A program made the translations under genes and the position numbers. A stretch of DNA of 57,277 nucleotides, from NCBI GenBank assembly GCA_905236805.1, contig CAJOPH010000029.1, positions 1 through 57,277 of the forward strand. Reading direction: 5' to 3'. This stretch comes from an uncultured Eubacterium sp. (GTDB lineage: Bacteria > Bacillota > Clostridia > Lachnospirales > Lachnospiraceae). Positions within the stretch are counted from its first letter, which is position 1; each line of letters begins with the position of its first letter. This document shows, piece after piece, positions 39,343 to 48,543 of this stretch. A model generated the notes under the pieces. It saw only the letters and a list, made by a program, of their open reading frames with translations. It was not told where the DNA came from and did not search any database.

Positions 39343-40437
39343 CTATATTACTTTTAAAAGATTCTCCCACTCGGAGACGATCTTTTCAATGCCAAAATCT
39401 TCGACCCTTACCAGCGCATTCCCGGCGAGATGATCCCTCACATCAGCATGATCCATAAGATATCTCATCTTCTCAGGAAACTCCTCATCACCACGCACGA
39501 GGTATCCGTTTTTCGCATCATCTACTATCTCACGCGGACCCGTACGCACATCCCTTGCTATCACGGGCACCCCGTGGGAAAAAGCTTCCAAAATCACCAT
39601 TGGAAAACCCTCTGTCCTGGAAGGAAGGACAAAGCAGTAAGCATCCCGGTAGAGCCTGTCCATGTCAGCTACACGTCCAATGAGAAATGCGTTCTTTAGG
39701 CCATTGTTCTTTATGTATTTGGACAACCTCCCGTATTCAGGACCATCGCCCGCGATAATGAGCCTAAAGCCCCTGCTTTTTGCCTCATCCTGAATCCGAT
39801 CCCAGGCCCAAAGCAATGCGTCAAAGCCCTTTCTCTTTATGAGGTGACCTGCCGAGAGGAAATAGGGATGAGGGTTTTGGGAAAAGGAGGCTTTGGAGAC
39901 GCCCTTACCCTCTTTGGAAGGAGGAAGGGATGGATTATATATCTGAGCCAGCCTTCCATCCTTAAATCCCATCCTGCTGATATGAGCCCTTCTGTCTTCC
40001 TCCGTGAGGACTATAGTCCTTACCGCATGCTTTTTTGCAAAAGCCTTCGCCAGAATCCTGTGCGGATAGTCCCTGAGGAAGTAATAATTAAAATGCTCCC
40101 ATGAGAGTATCTTCACGGGGAGGTCTCCCGCCGCTAGGGAGCTGTATATCGTAAGCACGCTGTCAATATCCACTATCACGTCCACACAGCTGCCTTTAAG
40201 GTATTTGCGAAGGCGGGCTACGACCACAGGTCCGTCCATGACGAAAGAACCCCTGCCCCTCCGGATAACGTGGGATAATGTTATATTTTTATTTAACACA
40301 AAGCGGGGACGGGCTTTGTAGACGCTCAATGCACATACCTCATACCCCTTTTCCGACAGGGCGTTGGCTATAAGCGTCCCTACCCTCTCCGTACCTCCGC
40401 CATTTCCAATGTTCCCGAAAAAAAAGCATATTTTCAT
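39343..40437 (-). CDS. family 4 glycosyltransferase, first gene of the pel-type locus
   Basis: 364 aa with MKICFFFGNIGNGGGTERV and EGFPMVILEAFSHGVPVIA (E-x7-E). There is no Shine-Dalgarno sequence in the 15 nt before the ATG. Confidence 0.8.
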   Translation of the reverse strand: MKICFFFGNIGNGGGTERVGTLIANALSEKGYEVCALSVYKARPRFVLNKNITLSHVIRRGRGSFVMDGPVVVARLRKYLKGSCVDVIVDIDSVLTIYSSLAAGDLPVKILSWEHFNYYFLRDYPHRILAKAFAKKHAVRTIVLTEEDRRAHISRMGFKDGRLAQIYNPSLPPSKEGKGVSKASFSQNPHPYFLSAGHLIKRKGFDALLWAWDRIQDEAKSRGFRLIIAGDGPEYGRLSKYIKNNGLKNAFLIGRVADMDRLYRDAYCFVLPSRTEGFPMVILEAFSHGVPVIARDVRTGPREIVDDAKNGYLVRGDEEFPEKMRYLMDHADVRDHLAGNALVRVEDFGIEKIVSEWENLLKVI

Positions 40438-40443
40438 AGCTAT

Positions 40444-40472
40444 ATTTTATACCATACATGAAAATAAGTCAA
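40444..40472 (-). promoter_or_regulatory. promoter candidate placing the transcription start at or next to the GT4 ATG (possible leaderless mRNA)
   Basis: The minus strand reads TTGACT (40467-40472), a 17-nt spacer, TAAAAT (40444-40449), then 6 nt and the ATG at 40437. Confidence 0.4.
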
Positions 40473-40473
40473 C

Positions 40474-40512
40474 AATAAAAATGGGACAGACCCTTGTAAC
40501 GGTGTCTGACCC
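40474..40512 (-). terminator. terminator-like hairpin with a U-tract in the pel upstream region
   Basis: The minus strand reads GGGTCAGAC-A-CC (GTTACAA) GG-GTCTGTCCC, with one T.T mismatch and one bulge, followed by ATTTTTATT. No annotated minus-strand gene ends upstream of it. Confidence 0.4.
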
Positions 40513-40677
40513 CAATGAAATTTATCACGAACGGAGATAGACATACCATGTCCCTCCGGACATGTCCCCGTAACTTCTGATGATATTCTTTCTCAAATAC
40601 ACCACTGTACTTTATGTTTATTATGTGTTATCATTATATAGGTTAGGGGTTTCTAATCCCGGAATTGTGGCTTTTAT

Positions 40678-40706
40678 TTGAATATGTGTTCATGTGATAA
40701 TATATA
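40678..40706 (+). promoter_or_regulatory. promoter candidate for the ABC transporter operon
   Basis: TTGAAT (40678-40683), a 17-nt spacer, then TATATA (40701-40706), about 35 nt before the ATG at 40740. Confidence 0.3.
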
Positions 40707-40739
40707 GGATTGGATGGAAAGTATAGGATCGAGGTGCTT

Positions 40740-41438
40740 ATGTTTTTAGAATTATCCGGTATCCGGAAGAGCTACGGCTCCGCGGACAATGTAGTAGAGG
40801 TATTGAAGGGAATAGACGCTACGGTGGAAAAGGGGGAGATCTGTGTGCTTTTGGGACCTTCAGGCTCAGGAAAATCCACCCTTTTGAACATCATAGGTGG
40901 GATAGATTCGGCGGATTCGGGATATGTCTCCATAAATGGAGAAAAGACCGGGGAAATGAACGAAAAGAGTCTGACCCGCTACAGGCGAAGCCATCTGGGG
41001 TACGTTTTCCAGATGTATAACCTGATCCCGAATCTTACCGTGAAAGAAAATGTGGAGGTGGGAGCCTACCTTTCGGATGATCCTTTGGACATAGATGACC
41101 TTATTTTGACACTGGGTCTAAAGGATCATATACACAAGCTCCCGAACCAGCTTTCGGGGGGGCAGCAGCAAAGAACATCCATAGGAAGAGCAATAGTCAA
41201 AAATCCCGACATACTTCTTTGTGATGAGCCCACGGGGGCGTTGGATTACAATACGTCAAAGGAGATATTAAAGCTCATAGAGGATGTTAACGGGAAATAC
41301 AAAAACACCGTCATTATGGTCACCCACAACGAGGCCATAAAGGAGATGGCAGATCACGTGATCACCCTAAAGGACGGGATGATCAGGAAGGATTACAAAA
41401 ACGAGAGCAAGATTCCGGCTATGGATCTGGATTGGTAA
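40740..41438 (+). CDS. ABC transporter ATP-binding protein (MacB/LolD/FtsE-like)
   Basis: Walker A GPSGSGKST, signature LSGGQQQR and Walker B LLCDEPTGALD are present. ATG at 40740 (MFLELSGIRKSYG) follows GAGGTG. The track ORF extends 30 nt further upstream. Confidence 0.9.
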   Translation: MFLELSGIRKSYGSADNVVEVLKGIDATVEKGEICVLLGPSGSGKSTLLNIIGGIDSADSGYVSINGEKTGEMNEKSLTRYRRSHLGYVFQMYNLIPNLTVKENVEVGAYLSDDPLDIDDLILTLGLKDHIHKLPNQLSGGQQQRTSIGRAIVKNPDILLCDEPTGALDYNTSKEILKLIEDVNGKYKNTVIMVTHNEAIKEMADHVITLKDGMIRKDYKNESKIPAMDLDW

Positions 41439-41450
41439 CGGAGGCGTTTT

Positions 41451-43796
41451 ATGAGAAGTCCACTTTGGAAAAGGATCCCCAGGGATCTTTTTCGTGAATT
41501 TATTAAATATCTGGCTATCTTTCTTTTCATGACCCTGACCATAGGATTTGTTTCAGGATTCCTTGTCGCGTCACGCGGAATGCAGATAGAGTATGATGCT
41601 TCTTTCGAAAAATACAACGTGGAAGACGGGCATTTTACCCTGGATGAGGAATGCACCGCGGAACTTAAAGAAAGAATAGAAGAGCACGGAGTAAGAATCT
41701 ATGAAAATTTCTACTCGGATCTTTCCGTTGAAGGAAAAAACGAAACAGTTTTAAGGATTTTCAAACCAAGGCAGGAAGTAAATAATGTGGATATCCTGGA
41801 TGGCAGGCTCCCCAAGAGCGATGATGAGATTTCGCTGGATCGCCTTTTCATGAGGAACAATGATTTCAAGATGGGAGATGATATCACTTTATCGGGAAAG
41901 ACCTATCGCATCTGTGGGATGGTGGCCCTTTCTGACTACAGCACCCTTCATAAAAATTATAATGATTTCATGTTTGACTCAACGAATTTCGGGGTGGGAA
42001 TAATCTCCAACGAGGCCTTCGGGCAGATAGATGAGGACTCCTATGTTTTTGAATATGCCTGGAAGTATGATGAGTTTCCGGAAAGCGAAACCAAAGAAAA
42101 AGAAGTATCTGATGATCTGATGATAGATGTGGCCAAGGATGTTCTGAAGGAGGGGAACCGGCTCAAAGCCTTTGCTCCCAGGTATGCAAACCAGGCTATA
42201 ATGTTCTCGGGAGATGACCTGGGGAGCGACAGACCCATGACAGAGGCGCTTTTATATGTCCTTATATTCATTATGGCCTTTGTCTACAGGGTGACCATTT
42301 CTCACACCGTGATGAGAGAGTCCTTTGTAATAGGAACTTTAAGGTCCCTGGGCTATACGAAGGGGGAGATATTCCGTCACTACCTGTCGCTCCCTCTTTT
42401 GGTCACATTAATGGCCGCGATACTGGGAAATGTGGCGGGATATACGGTATTTGAAGACGTGGCGGCCTGGCTGTATATGAACAGCTACAGCCTGACGCAT
42501 TATGTTTCGTATTTTTCACCGGAGGCCTTCATAAAAACCACCGTCATACCGATGGCGATAATGACCTTTGTCCTGAGCATTTCGCTTTGGAAAAAGCTTT
42601 CTGTTTCACCGCTTGATTTTATCCGCGGAGATATAACGAAGTATAAAGGGCAGCGGGCCGTTTCTCTGCCTCCCTTTAAGTTTTTTATGAGATTCAGGAT
42701 ACGCGTGCTTTTGCAGAACATGGGCAGCTATACGACGCTCTTTTTCGGTATAATTTTCTCGGGGCTTTTATTGATGTTCTGCATGGTGATGACTCCTTTG
42801 CTTCATGGGTATTCGGAAAATGCCTTAAAATACAAGCCTGCCGATTACCAGTATATCTTGAAGGAGCAGCAAGACCTTGATTCTTCCATAGCCGAAAAAT
42901 ATTGTGTGACCTCCCTGAAAATGATAGATGATTTTTATGACCCTGAGGAGATCTCCGTGTACGGGATAGTGGAGGATACCAAGTATTTTAAGGATTGGGA
43001 TTTTCCGACGGACGGTGTTATCATTTCGTTTGATATAGCGGAAAAATACCGGCTGAAGGAAGGAGATGTTTTTGTGCTGAAGGAGGAATTTGGAACGGAC
43101 CTTTACGCATTCAGGGTGGCACAGGTAGCCGATATAAAATCCTCCATGAATATCTATATGAGCCAGGAAAAATGGTGTGAGACATTTGAGGACGTGATCA
43201 GGGAATCTTCTGATATGGAAGGGCAGCTGGGGCTTATCATAGGGGATATCACGGGCAACAATGACACATCTTTCTACAACGGATATTTTTCCGATGTGGA
43301 ACTGGACGGAACATATCTTCGTGATGATGTGGTGGCAACCAAGATTACGGATGCGGATCTTACCGCACTCTCGAGGCAGATGGACATATCCATGGGAGAG
43401 ATGTTTCAGATGGTCTCGGTGTTTGCGCTGGTACTTTTTGCGCTCCTTATATTCCTTCTTACGAAGCTGGTATTGGAAAAAAACGCCTCCTCCATTTCCA
43501 TGACAAAGATATTAGGGTATTCGGATGTGGAGATAGCCAGGCTCTATCTGATGCCCTCCGTATGGGTGGTGATCTTTTCGTCGATAATGGCCCTTGTCTT
43601 AAACACCTTGTTCTTTAAGGTGATCCTAAGGATTTTTCTGAAAGGGTATGGCGGATGGTTCGACCTTGTCATTTCACCGGGGCTTTATTTGGAAATGTTT
43701 TTGATGATGTTTTTAACATATTTGGTAGTGGCAGTATTCCAGTTTTTTAAGATCAAAAAAATACCGCTGGATGAAGCCTTGAAGAATGCGGAATAG
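41451..43796 (+). CDS. ABC transporter permease with two FtsX-type modules
   Basis: 781 aa. Two repeats each comprise a TM, a large extracytoplasmic domain and three TM (FtsX/MacB-like), e.g. RESFVIGTLRSLGYTKGEI and SISMTKILGYSDVEI. Confidence 0.8.
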   Translation: MRSPLWKRIPRDLFREFIKYLAIFLFMTLTIGFVSGFLVASRGMQIEYDASFEKYNVEDGHFTLDEECTAELKERIEEHGVRIYENFYSDLSVEGKNETVLRIFKPRQEVNNVDILDGRLPKSDDEISLDRLFMRNNDFKMGDDITLSGKTYRICGMVALSDYSTLHKNYNDFMFDSTNFGVGIISNEAFGQIDEDSYVFEYAWKYDEFPESETKEKEVSDDLMIDVAKDVLKEGNRLKAFAPRYANQAIMFSGDDLGSDRPMTEALLYVLIFIMAFVYRVTISHTVMRESFVIGTLRSLGYTKGEIFRHYLSLPLLVTLMAAILGNVAGYTVFEDVAAWLYMNSYSLTHYVSYFSPEAFIKTTVIPMAIMTFVLSISLWKKLSVSPLDFIRGDITKYKGQRAVSLPPFKFFMRFRIRVLLQNMGSYTTLFFGIIFSGLLLMFCMVMTPLLHGYSENALKYKPADYQYILKEQQDLDSSIAEKYCVTSLKMIDDFYDPEEISVYGIVEDTKYFKDWDFPTDGVIISFDIAEKYRLKEGDVFVLKEEFGTDLYAFRVAQVADIKSSMNIYMSQEKWCETFEDVIRESSDMEGQLGLIIGDITGNNDTSFYNGYFSDVELDGTYLRDDVVATKITDADLTALSRQMDISMGEMFQMVSVFALVLFALLIFLLTKLVLEKNASSISMTKILGYSDVEIARLYLMPSVWVVIFSSIMALVLNTLFFKVILRIFLKGYGGWFDLVISPGLYLEMFLMMFLTYLVVAVFQFFKIKKIPLDEALKNAE

Positions 43797-43806
43797 GCTG
43801 GTGATC

Positions 43807-46800
43807 TCACACCAGCATCCGCTTTGCTTCCTCTATGACTTCATCATACTCCCTCATTACCGCATCATGCCCATGACGTATGTCATCTATCCTCTCCTCT
43901 TTCCCGGCCTTTTCGAGCTCATAGGCATGGTCGGCAAACTCCATGGCCCCTATGGTCTTTGAAGTGCTCTTTACGGCATGTATCTGCACGGTATAATTCC
44001 GTATGTCTCCCTCCTCCAGATATTTCTCAAGGGCTCTCATCTTCTCATCTTTTTCCTCCACATAGGTCTTTAGCATCTCCTTGTAAAAATCCGGATCTTC
44101 CATGCAATACCCAAGCCCTACTTCCATGTCAATATGCTTTTTCCCATCTTCTTTTTCTTCAGGCAGACCGTCTGAAATATCCTCCTTAGACTCAGAGGTC
44201 TTGGAAACATTTGCAGCCTCCGGGGTCTTGGGAACATCTACAGCCTCTTGGACCTCTCGGGTCTTCACATCCCCTAAAGTCTCTCGGGTCTTTGCCTCCC
44301 CTGAAGGCTCTTTAGTCTTTTCGCTTTTTGATGATTTCAAAGATACCTTTTCCACCGGCAGATATTCCTTCAGGATCTTTTCCATTGCCCTGACTTCTAT
44401 GGGTTTTGAGATATAGTCGGTAAAACCCTCCTTCAGATACTCCTCCCTGGCACCCGATATTGCGTTGGCGGTCATCATGATGACAGGCATTGAGCCATCA
44501 AGAAGACCCTTATTTTGCATCTCATGCAGTGTCTCCACACCATCCATCTGCGGCATCATATGATCGATAAAGAGAATGTCGTATTCACCTGCCGCTGTCT
44601 TTTCTATTGCCTCCCGGCCCGAGATGGCCGTCTCTACCTGCATGGCAGAACGCTTCAAAAGACCCTTTGCCACCTTGAGGTTCATATTGTTATCATCAAC
44701 GACAAGAACCTTCGCGTCGGGAGCGTAAACATATTCGACCTCAGATGTTTTCTCCCCGGATGCCGCCAGCGTCTTCTCATAATCCCCGATAGGCGTATCA
44801 TCCACTATCTGCTGCCTTATGTCAAAATAAAAGTTAGAGCCTTCTCCGTAAACGCTGTCAAGCTGAAGGGAAGAGTCCATCATAAGAAGGAGCTTTTGCA
44901 CGATGGAAATTCCAAGCCCCGTCCCTTCTATTGCCCTGTTTTTCTCCATATCCAGTCTGGCGAAGGACTCAAACAAGGTCTCCCTGTCCTCATCCCTGAT
45001 ACCCATGCCGGTATCTTCCACCTCCACATGGAGGATAATATATTCAGCCGTTCGTCCCGCGGAATTTATGCGCAAAGTCACGCTGCCTTCCTGCGTATAT
45101 TTCACGGCATTTGTAAGTATATTCGTTATGACCTGCCGTATCCTCACATCATCCCCGTAGAGCGACTTGGGCAGATTGGAATCTATTTCCAGCTTAAGCA
45201 AAAGATCCTTCTTCTCCGCGCGCTCACGCACCATGTTTACGAGGTCATTTACCATGGACGCGGTATCATACTGTACCGGGACGATCTCCATTTTTCCGTC
45301 CTCTATCTTTGAAAAGTCCAGGATACTGTTGATCAGCGTAAGAAGTGTTCTTCCCGCATTTTGGATATTGTCGGAGTATTCCAGAACGTCCTCGTTGTCC
45401 GTCTCCCTAAGGATCATCTCGTTCATTCCAAGGATGGCATTTATGGGGGTTCGGATCTCATGTGACATCTGCGCAAGGAACTTTGATTTTGCCTCCCCCG
45501 CATATCTTGCGTCATCAGCGGACTTTTGAAGGACACTTACAGCCCTCTTCTGCCGTCTGTCGATCATGCGAAGCAGCATGACGGTAACCGTGATCCCCAC
45601 GCCAAATATGATCAAAAAGACGATATCGTATCCGACGAGACTCCCATAGATCACTTTCCAGTTCTTTATACAGAAAATGGAAAATCCGGTTGTTTCATCC
45701 GTGACTGCATATACGGCCTTGTAATTTCCGTCATAATCCTTCAGCAAAACCGTCTCATCGGCATAAGCCGCATCAAGGTAGCCCGCCTCCTCCAAAGAAA
45801 CAGCCCTTTCCTCGGTCATCTGATATTCGCCGTCGGGATGGTTTATGATATTTCCATCAGAATCCGCAATGAAGGCATACCCCTCGTCAGTGTAGCTTGA
45901 CGCAAGGATCTCCGTTAGCTTGTCCAGGAAAAAGTCGATTCCGAAGATTCCAAGATAGTTGCCGTTCTTGTCATAAACCCTCTTTGATATCGTGACGCAG
46001 TACGCCCCCACCTGGGAATCAAAATATGGCGTGGTGATGTAGAAGCCATCCTCCTTTTCCGACTCCATGCTTCCTATATACCACTGCCTCTCCTCCATGT
46101 TCCATCCCTCTTCCGGCTCCCATCCGTTGTTCATGATAACGATATGCTCCGCCTTAGGGTTGGTCATGTATGACACGGAAATATCCTCATACTGTACGGT
46201 GATATCGTTAAGCCACTCCACGCAGGCCTCATAGTCATCAAGGATCGTGGGGTTCGTGGAAATGTAGCTTACGAACATATCAAGCACGCTCTTTTGCTCT
46301 ACGACCCACGAATCGAGTTCTGAGACATATCCTTCCGCCTCCCTCTCCATCCGGGTATTTCCCCAGTTTTTCATGATAGTGGTAGATATGCTGATGCAAA
46401 GGATCATGGTGAAGGCAAGCAATGTAACGATTCCCGCCGCGGCTTTCATCTTGGATTTATCCGAAAGCTGTATATCCTCTGCTTTGGAAGAACCGTATCT
46501 TTTTTTTCGTGTGGTTTTTTTCCCTTTGTCTTTTTCGCTCTCTTTCAGAAAGGACAGTCTTCCAAATGAATCACGCAGGCTTACGGAAGACTTCTTTAGT
46601 TCTCCCATATATTCGTCGGGATCGTCGCTGGATAAAAACATCCGGTAATCACTCTTTTTTACCACCTCGTCCATCGGAGCCTTCATCTCATCTACGATAT
46701 CCGAGATGGCCTGTTCCGTCCTAAACAGGCGCCTTTCGGCTCTTTTTCTGTATTTTTGCCCGATAATATACAAAAGGATGATCCCTGCCATAAGGCATAT

Positions 46801-48543
46801 ATCCAAAAAAGTGTATAATATGAGGCTTAAAAGATTGGTTCTGTAGAGTCTTGCGTCACTGACTACAGACAAAAGATACCACTCGTTCTGCGTACAGCTG
46901 TAAAATACGGTACTCTCGCTCCCTGATATCTGTGTTTTGAAAAACATGGAGTCCTGTCCGGACGAAAGTATCTTACGAAAGGCAGAAGTATATTGCGGAA
47001 GAGCCTGCGCAAGGGTCTGTCCAAGGAGCGACTCATCCGGGTACCCCACGATCTGCCCCGCGCTGTTTACAATCAGGGCGTCTCCGCCCTCAATGGTAAT
47101 ATCAGAAACATTTTCCTGAAGGGAGACCAAAGAAAAATCCAGTCCGACAACGGTATCTTCATCCTCAAGTAGCTCTGATACCGTAAAACACATATCTCCC
47201 GTCCTGGCATCCTGATAGGGAGCCGTGATATACACATTGCCCCGGCCCTTTTTCTTCGCGCCTTTATACCAGTCCCTTTCAGTTGCGACAAACCCCTCAG
47301 TCTCAGTAAAATCCGGTATTATATACCAGCCCTCACCCGCTGTGTATATATTCATGCAGTCTTCATTTCCATATTTTTCTTTCAGCCCGTTCAGGTATTT
47401 TTCAAGCTTTTCATTACCCGTGTTGTCTGAATTTTCTTCGATCAGGCTGCTTACGCCTTCAGCCACCTTGTGCGTCAGTATCTCCGATTCGTAAAGGGTA
47501 CTTTCGAGTTTCCCTGAAACCTCAGTAAGCTGCTGCCTTCCGAGCGCCTGTGACTGATTTCCTATCATGTCATAAAACTGCTTTACATTTAGTCCCAGTA
47601 TCAGCGCCATGGCTACGGCAAATACCGCAAGTATCACATAATTAAATCTGTTCTTTAAGAAATTGCCTTTTCCCTTTGTCTTAGGCTTTTTTTCTTTTGC
47701 AAAAAGCAGACCAAAGGTTCCCCTCCCGCAATTCGATGAAATGGCGGGGGAAGCCTCCACGCATCTTATGTCCTTAAAATCCGCATATCTTTTGGTCTCC
47801 TCCTTTATCTCATCAAGCTCCCGATCCGAAAGACCCGCATGTGAGATAAAAAGGATGGAGTTATCTATCCTTTCAAAATCCTTAAGCTCATGACGGATGT
47901 ACGCCTTCTTTACCTGATCCCACTTTCCAAACCTGACTCCTCCCACAGAGATCTTACCACGTTTCATCATAAGAAGCGGATGAAGAAGCAGCTTCTCACA
48001 GATACGGAAAACCCCGTCAGAAAGTCGTCCGCTTCTGTTTAGAAATTCCAGATTCTTTACGATAAAGCCGGAGGATATCCCTTCAGCGTATTTTTTTACT
48101 TCTTCCCTCAGCTCATCGGCACTTTCAAAATCCTTTGCGATCCTTGCGGCATAAAGTACCACAAGTCCCAGACCGCTGGATATCTGGCCCGAATCAAGTA
48201 CACTTACGCCTGATATTTTCCCTGTGGCTTCCACCGCGTTATCGTAACCCCGGGAGGAATTTCTTCCCATGGAAATATGCAGGATCTCCCTGCAGTTTTT
48301 TTTCTGCCGCACAAAAAAATTCCGGTAGTCTTCAGGCGAAGGTGCCTCTGACTGCGCAAATTTTTCCGGATCTTCCATGTACTCCAAGACCTCATCAGCC
48401 GATATTTCAAGGTCATCCAGAAACTTTCCGCCGGAGGTCTTTACATAGTATGGACATATCGCGATTGGAAGAGACAAAATCATTTTGTCAGGCAGATCGC
48501 ATACACTGTCTGTGGTTATTAAAATACCGCCACTGTCACTCAT
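43807..48543 (-). CDS. hybrid sensor histidine kinase: DegV domain, two extracytoplasmic Cache-like domains, HisKA-HATPase, receiver, Hpt
   Basis: 1578 aa. Aa 6-282 are DegV-like (ILITTDSVCDLP...APSPEDY...VLDSGQISSGLG...FLNRSGRLS...ISSNCGRGTFGL). There are four TM and two Cache-like blocks of about 240 aa. The H-box FLAQMSHEIRTPINAILGM places the His codon at 45460-45462. GMGI and GTGLGISIV are present, along with a REC (VLVVDDNNMN...LFIDHMMPQMDG) and an Hpt (QIHAVKSTSKTIGA). Confidence 0.85.
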   Translation of the reverse strand: MSDSGGILITTDSVCDLPDKMILSLPIAICPYYVKTSGGKFLDDLEISADEVLEYMEDPEKFAQSEAPSPEDYRNFFVRQKKNCREILHISMGRNSSRGYDNAVEATGKISGVSVLDSGQISSGLGLVVLYAARIAKDFESADELREEVKKYAEGISSGFIVKNLEFLNRSGRLSDGVFRICEKLLLHPLLMMKRGKISVGGVRFGKWDQVKKAYIRHELKDFERIDNSILFISHAGLSDRELDEIKEETKRYADFKDIRCVEASPAISSNCGRGTFGLLFAKEKKPKTKGKGNFLKNRFNYVILAVFAVAMALILGLNVKQFYDMIGNQSQALGRQQLTEVSGKLESTLYESEILTHKVAEGVSSLIEENSDNTGNEKLEKYLNGLKEKYGNEDCMNIYTAGEGWYIIPDFTETEGFVATERDWYKGAKKKGRGNVYITAPYQDARTGDMCFTVSELLEDEDTVVGLDFSLVSLQENVSDITIEGGDALIVNSAGQIVGYPDESLLGQTLAQALPQYTSAFRKILSSGQDSMFFKTQISGSESTVFYSCTQNEWYLLSVVSDARLYRTNLLSLILYTFLDICLMAGIILLYIIGQKYRKRAERRLFRTEQAISDIVDEMKAPMDEVVKKSDYRMFLSSDDPDEYMGELKKSSVSLRDSFGRLSFLKESEKDKGKKTTRKKRYGSSKAEDIQLSDKSKMKAAAGIVTLLAFTMILCISISTTIMKNWGNTRMEREAEGYVSELDSWVVEQKSVLDMFVSYISTNPTILDDYEACVEWLNDITVQYEDISVSYMTNPKAEHIVIMNNGWEPEEGWNMEERQWYIGSMESEKEDGFYITTPYFDSQVGAYCVTISKRVYDKNGNYLGIFGIDFFLDKLTEILASSYTDEGYAFIADSDGNIINHPDGEYQMTEERAVSLEEAGYLDAAYADETVLLKDYDGNYKAVYAVTDETTGFSIFCIKNWKVIYGSLVGYDIVFLIIFGVGITVTVMLLRMIDRRQKRAVSVLQKSADDARYAGEAKSKFLAQMSHEIRTPINAILGMNEMILRETDNEDVLEYSDNIQNAGRTLLTLINSILDFSKIEDGKMEIVPVQYDTASMVNDLVNMVRERAEKKDLLLKLEIDSNLPKSLYGDDVRIRQVITNILTNAVKYTQEGSVTLRINSAGRTAEYIILHVEVEDTGMGIRDEDRETLFESFARLDMEKNRAIEGTGLGISIVQKLLLMMDSSLQLDSVYGEGSNFYFDIRQQIVDDTPIGDYEKTLAASGEKTSEVEYVYAPDAKVLVVDDNNMNLKVAKGLLKRSAMQVETAISGREAIEKTAAGEYDILFIDHMMPQMDGVETLHEMQNKGLLDGSMPVIMMTANAISGAREEYLKEGFTDYISKPIEVRAMEKILKEYLPVEKVSLKSSKSEKTKEPSGEAKTRETLGDVKTREVQEAVDVPKTPEAANVSKTSESKEDISDGLPEEKEDGKKHIDMEVGLGYCMEDPDFYKEMLKTYVEEKDEKMRALEKYLEEGDIRNYTVQIHAVKSTSKTIGAMEFADHAYELEKAGKEERIDDIRHGHDAVMREYDEVIEEAKRMLV

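Noticed and set aside
40438-40739. A c-di-GMP riboswitch (GEMM-I or GEMM-II) upstream of the pel-type operon.
   Set aside because: Reading both strands, I could not find the conserved GEMM-I elements (GGCAAA...GACGCAAAGC) or a GEMM-II-like core. The structures I saw are reported as an unclassified leader instead. An Infernal scan would settle this.
43798-43817. A 7-bp hairpin GCTGGTG-6 nt-CACCAGC between the convergent permease and kinase genes, considered as a bidirectional terminator.
   Set aside because: There is no U-tract on either strand, and half of the stem lies within the kinase coding sequence. That is not enough to call a terminator.
40740-48543. A BceAB-BceRS-type peptide-antibiotic sensing and detoxification module (ABC transporter next to a histidine kinase).
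   Set aside because: The permease has a tandem MacB/FtsX layout rather than the 10-TM BceB layout. The adjacent kinase is convergent, very large and has Cache sensors, whereas BceS is an intramembrane-sensing kinase. No OmpR-type regulator is present.
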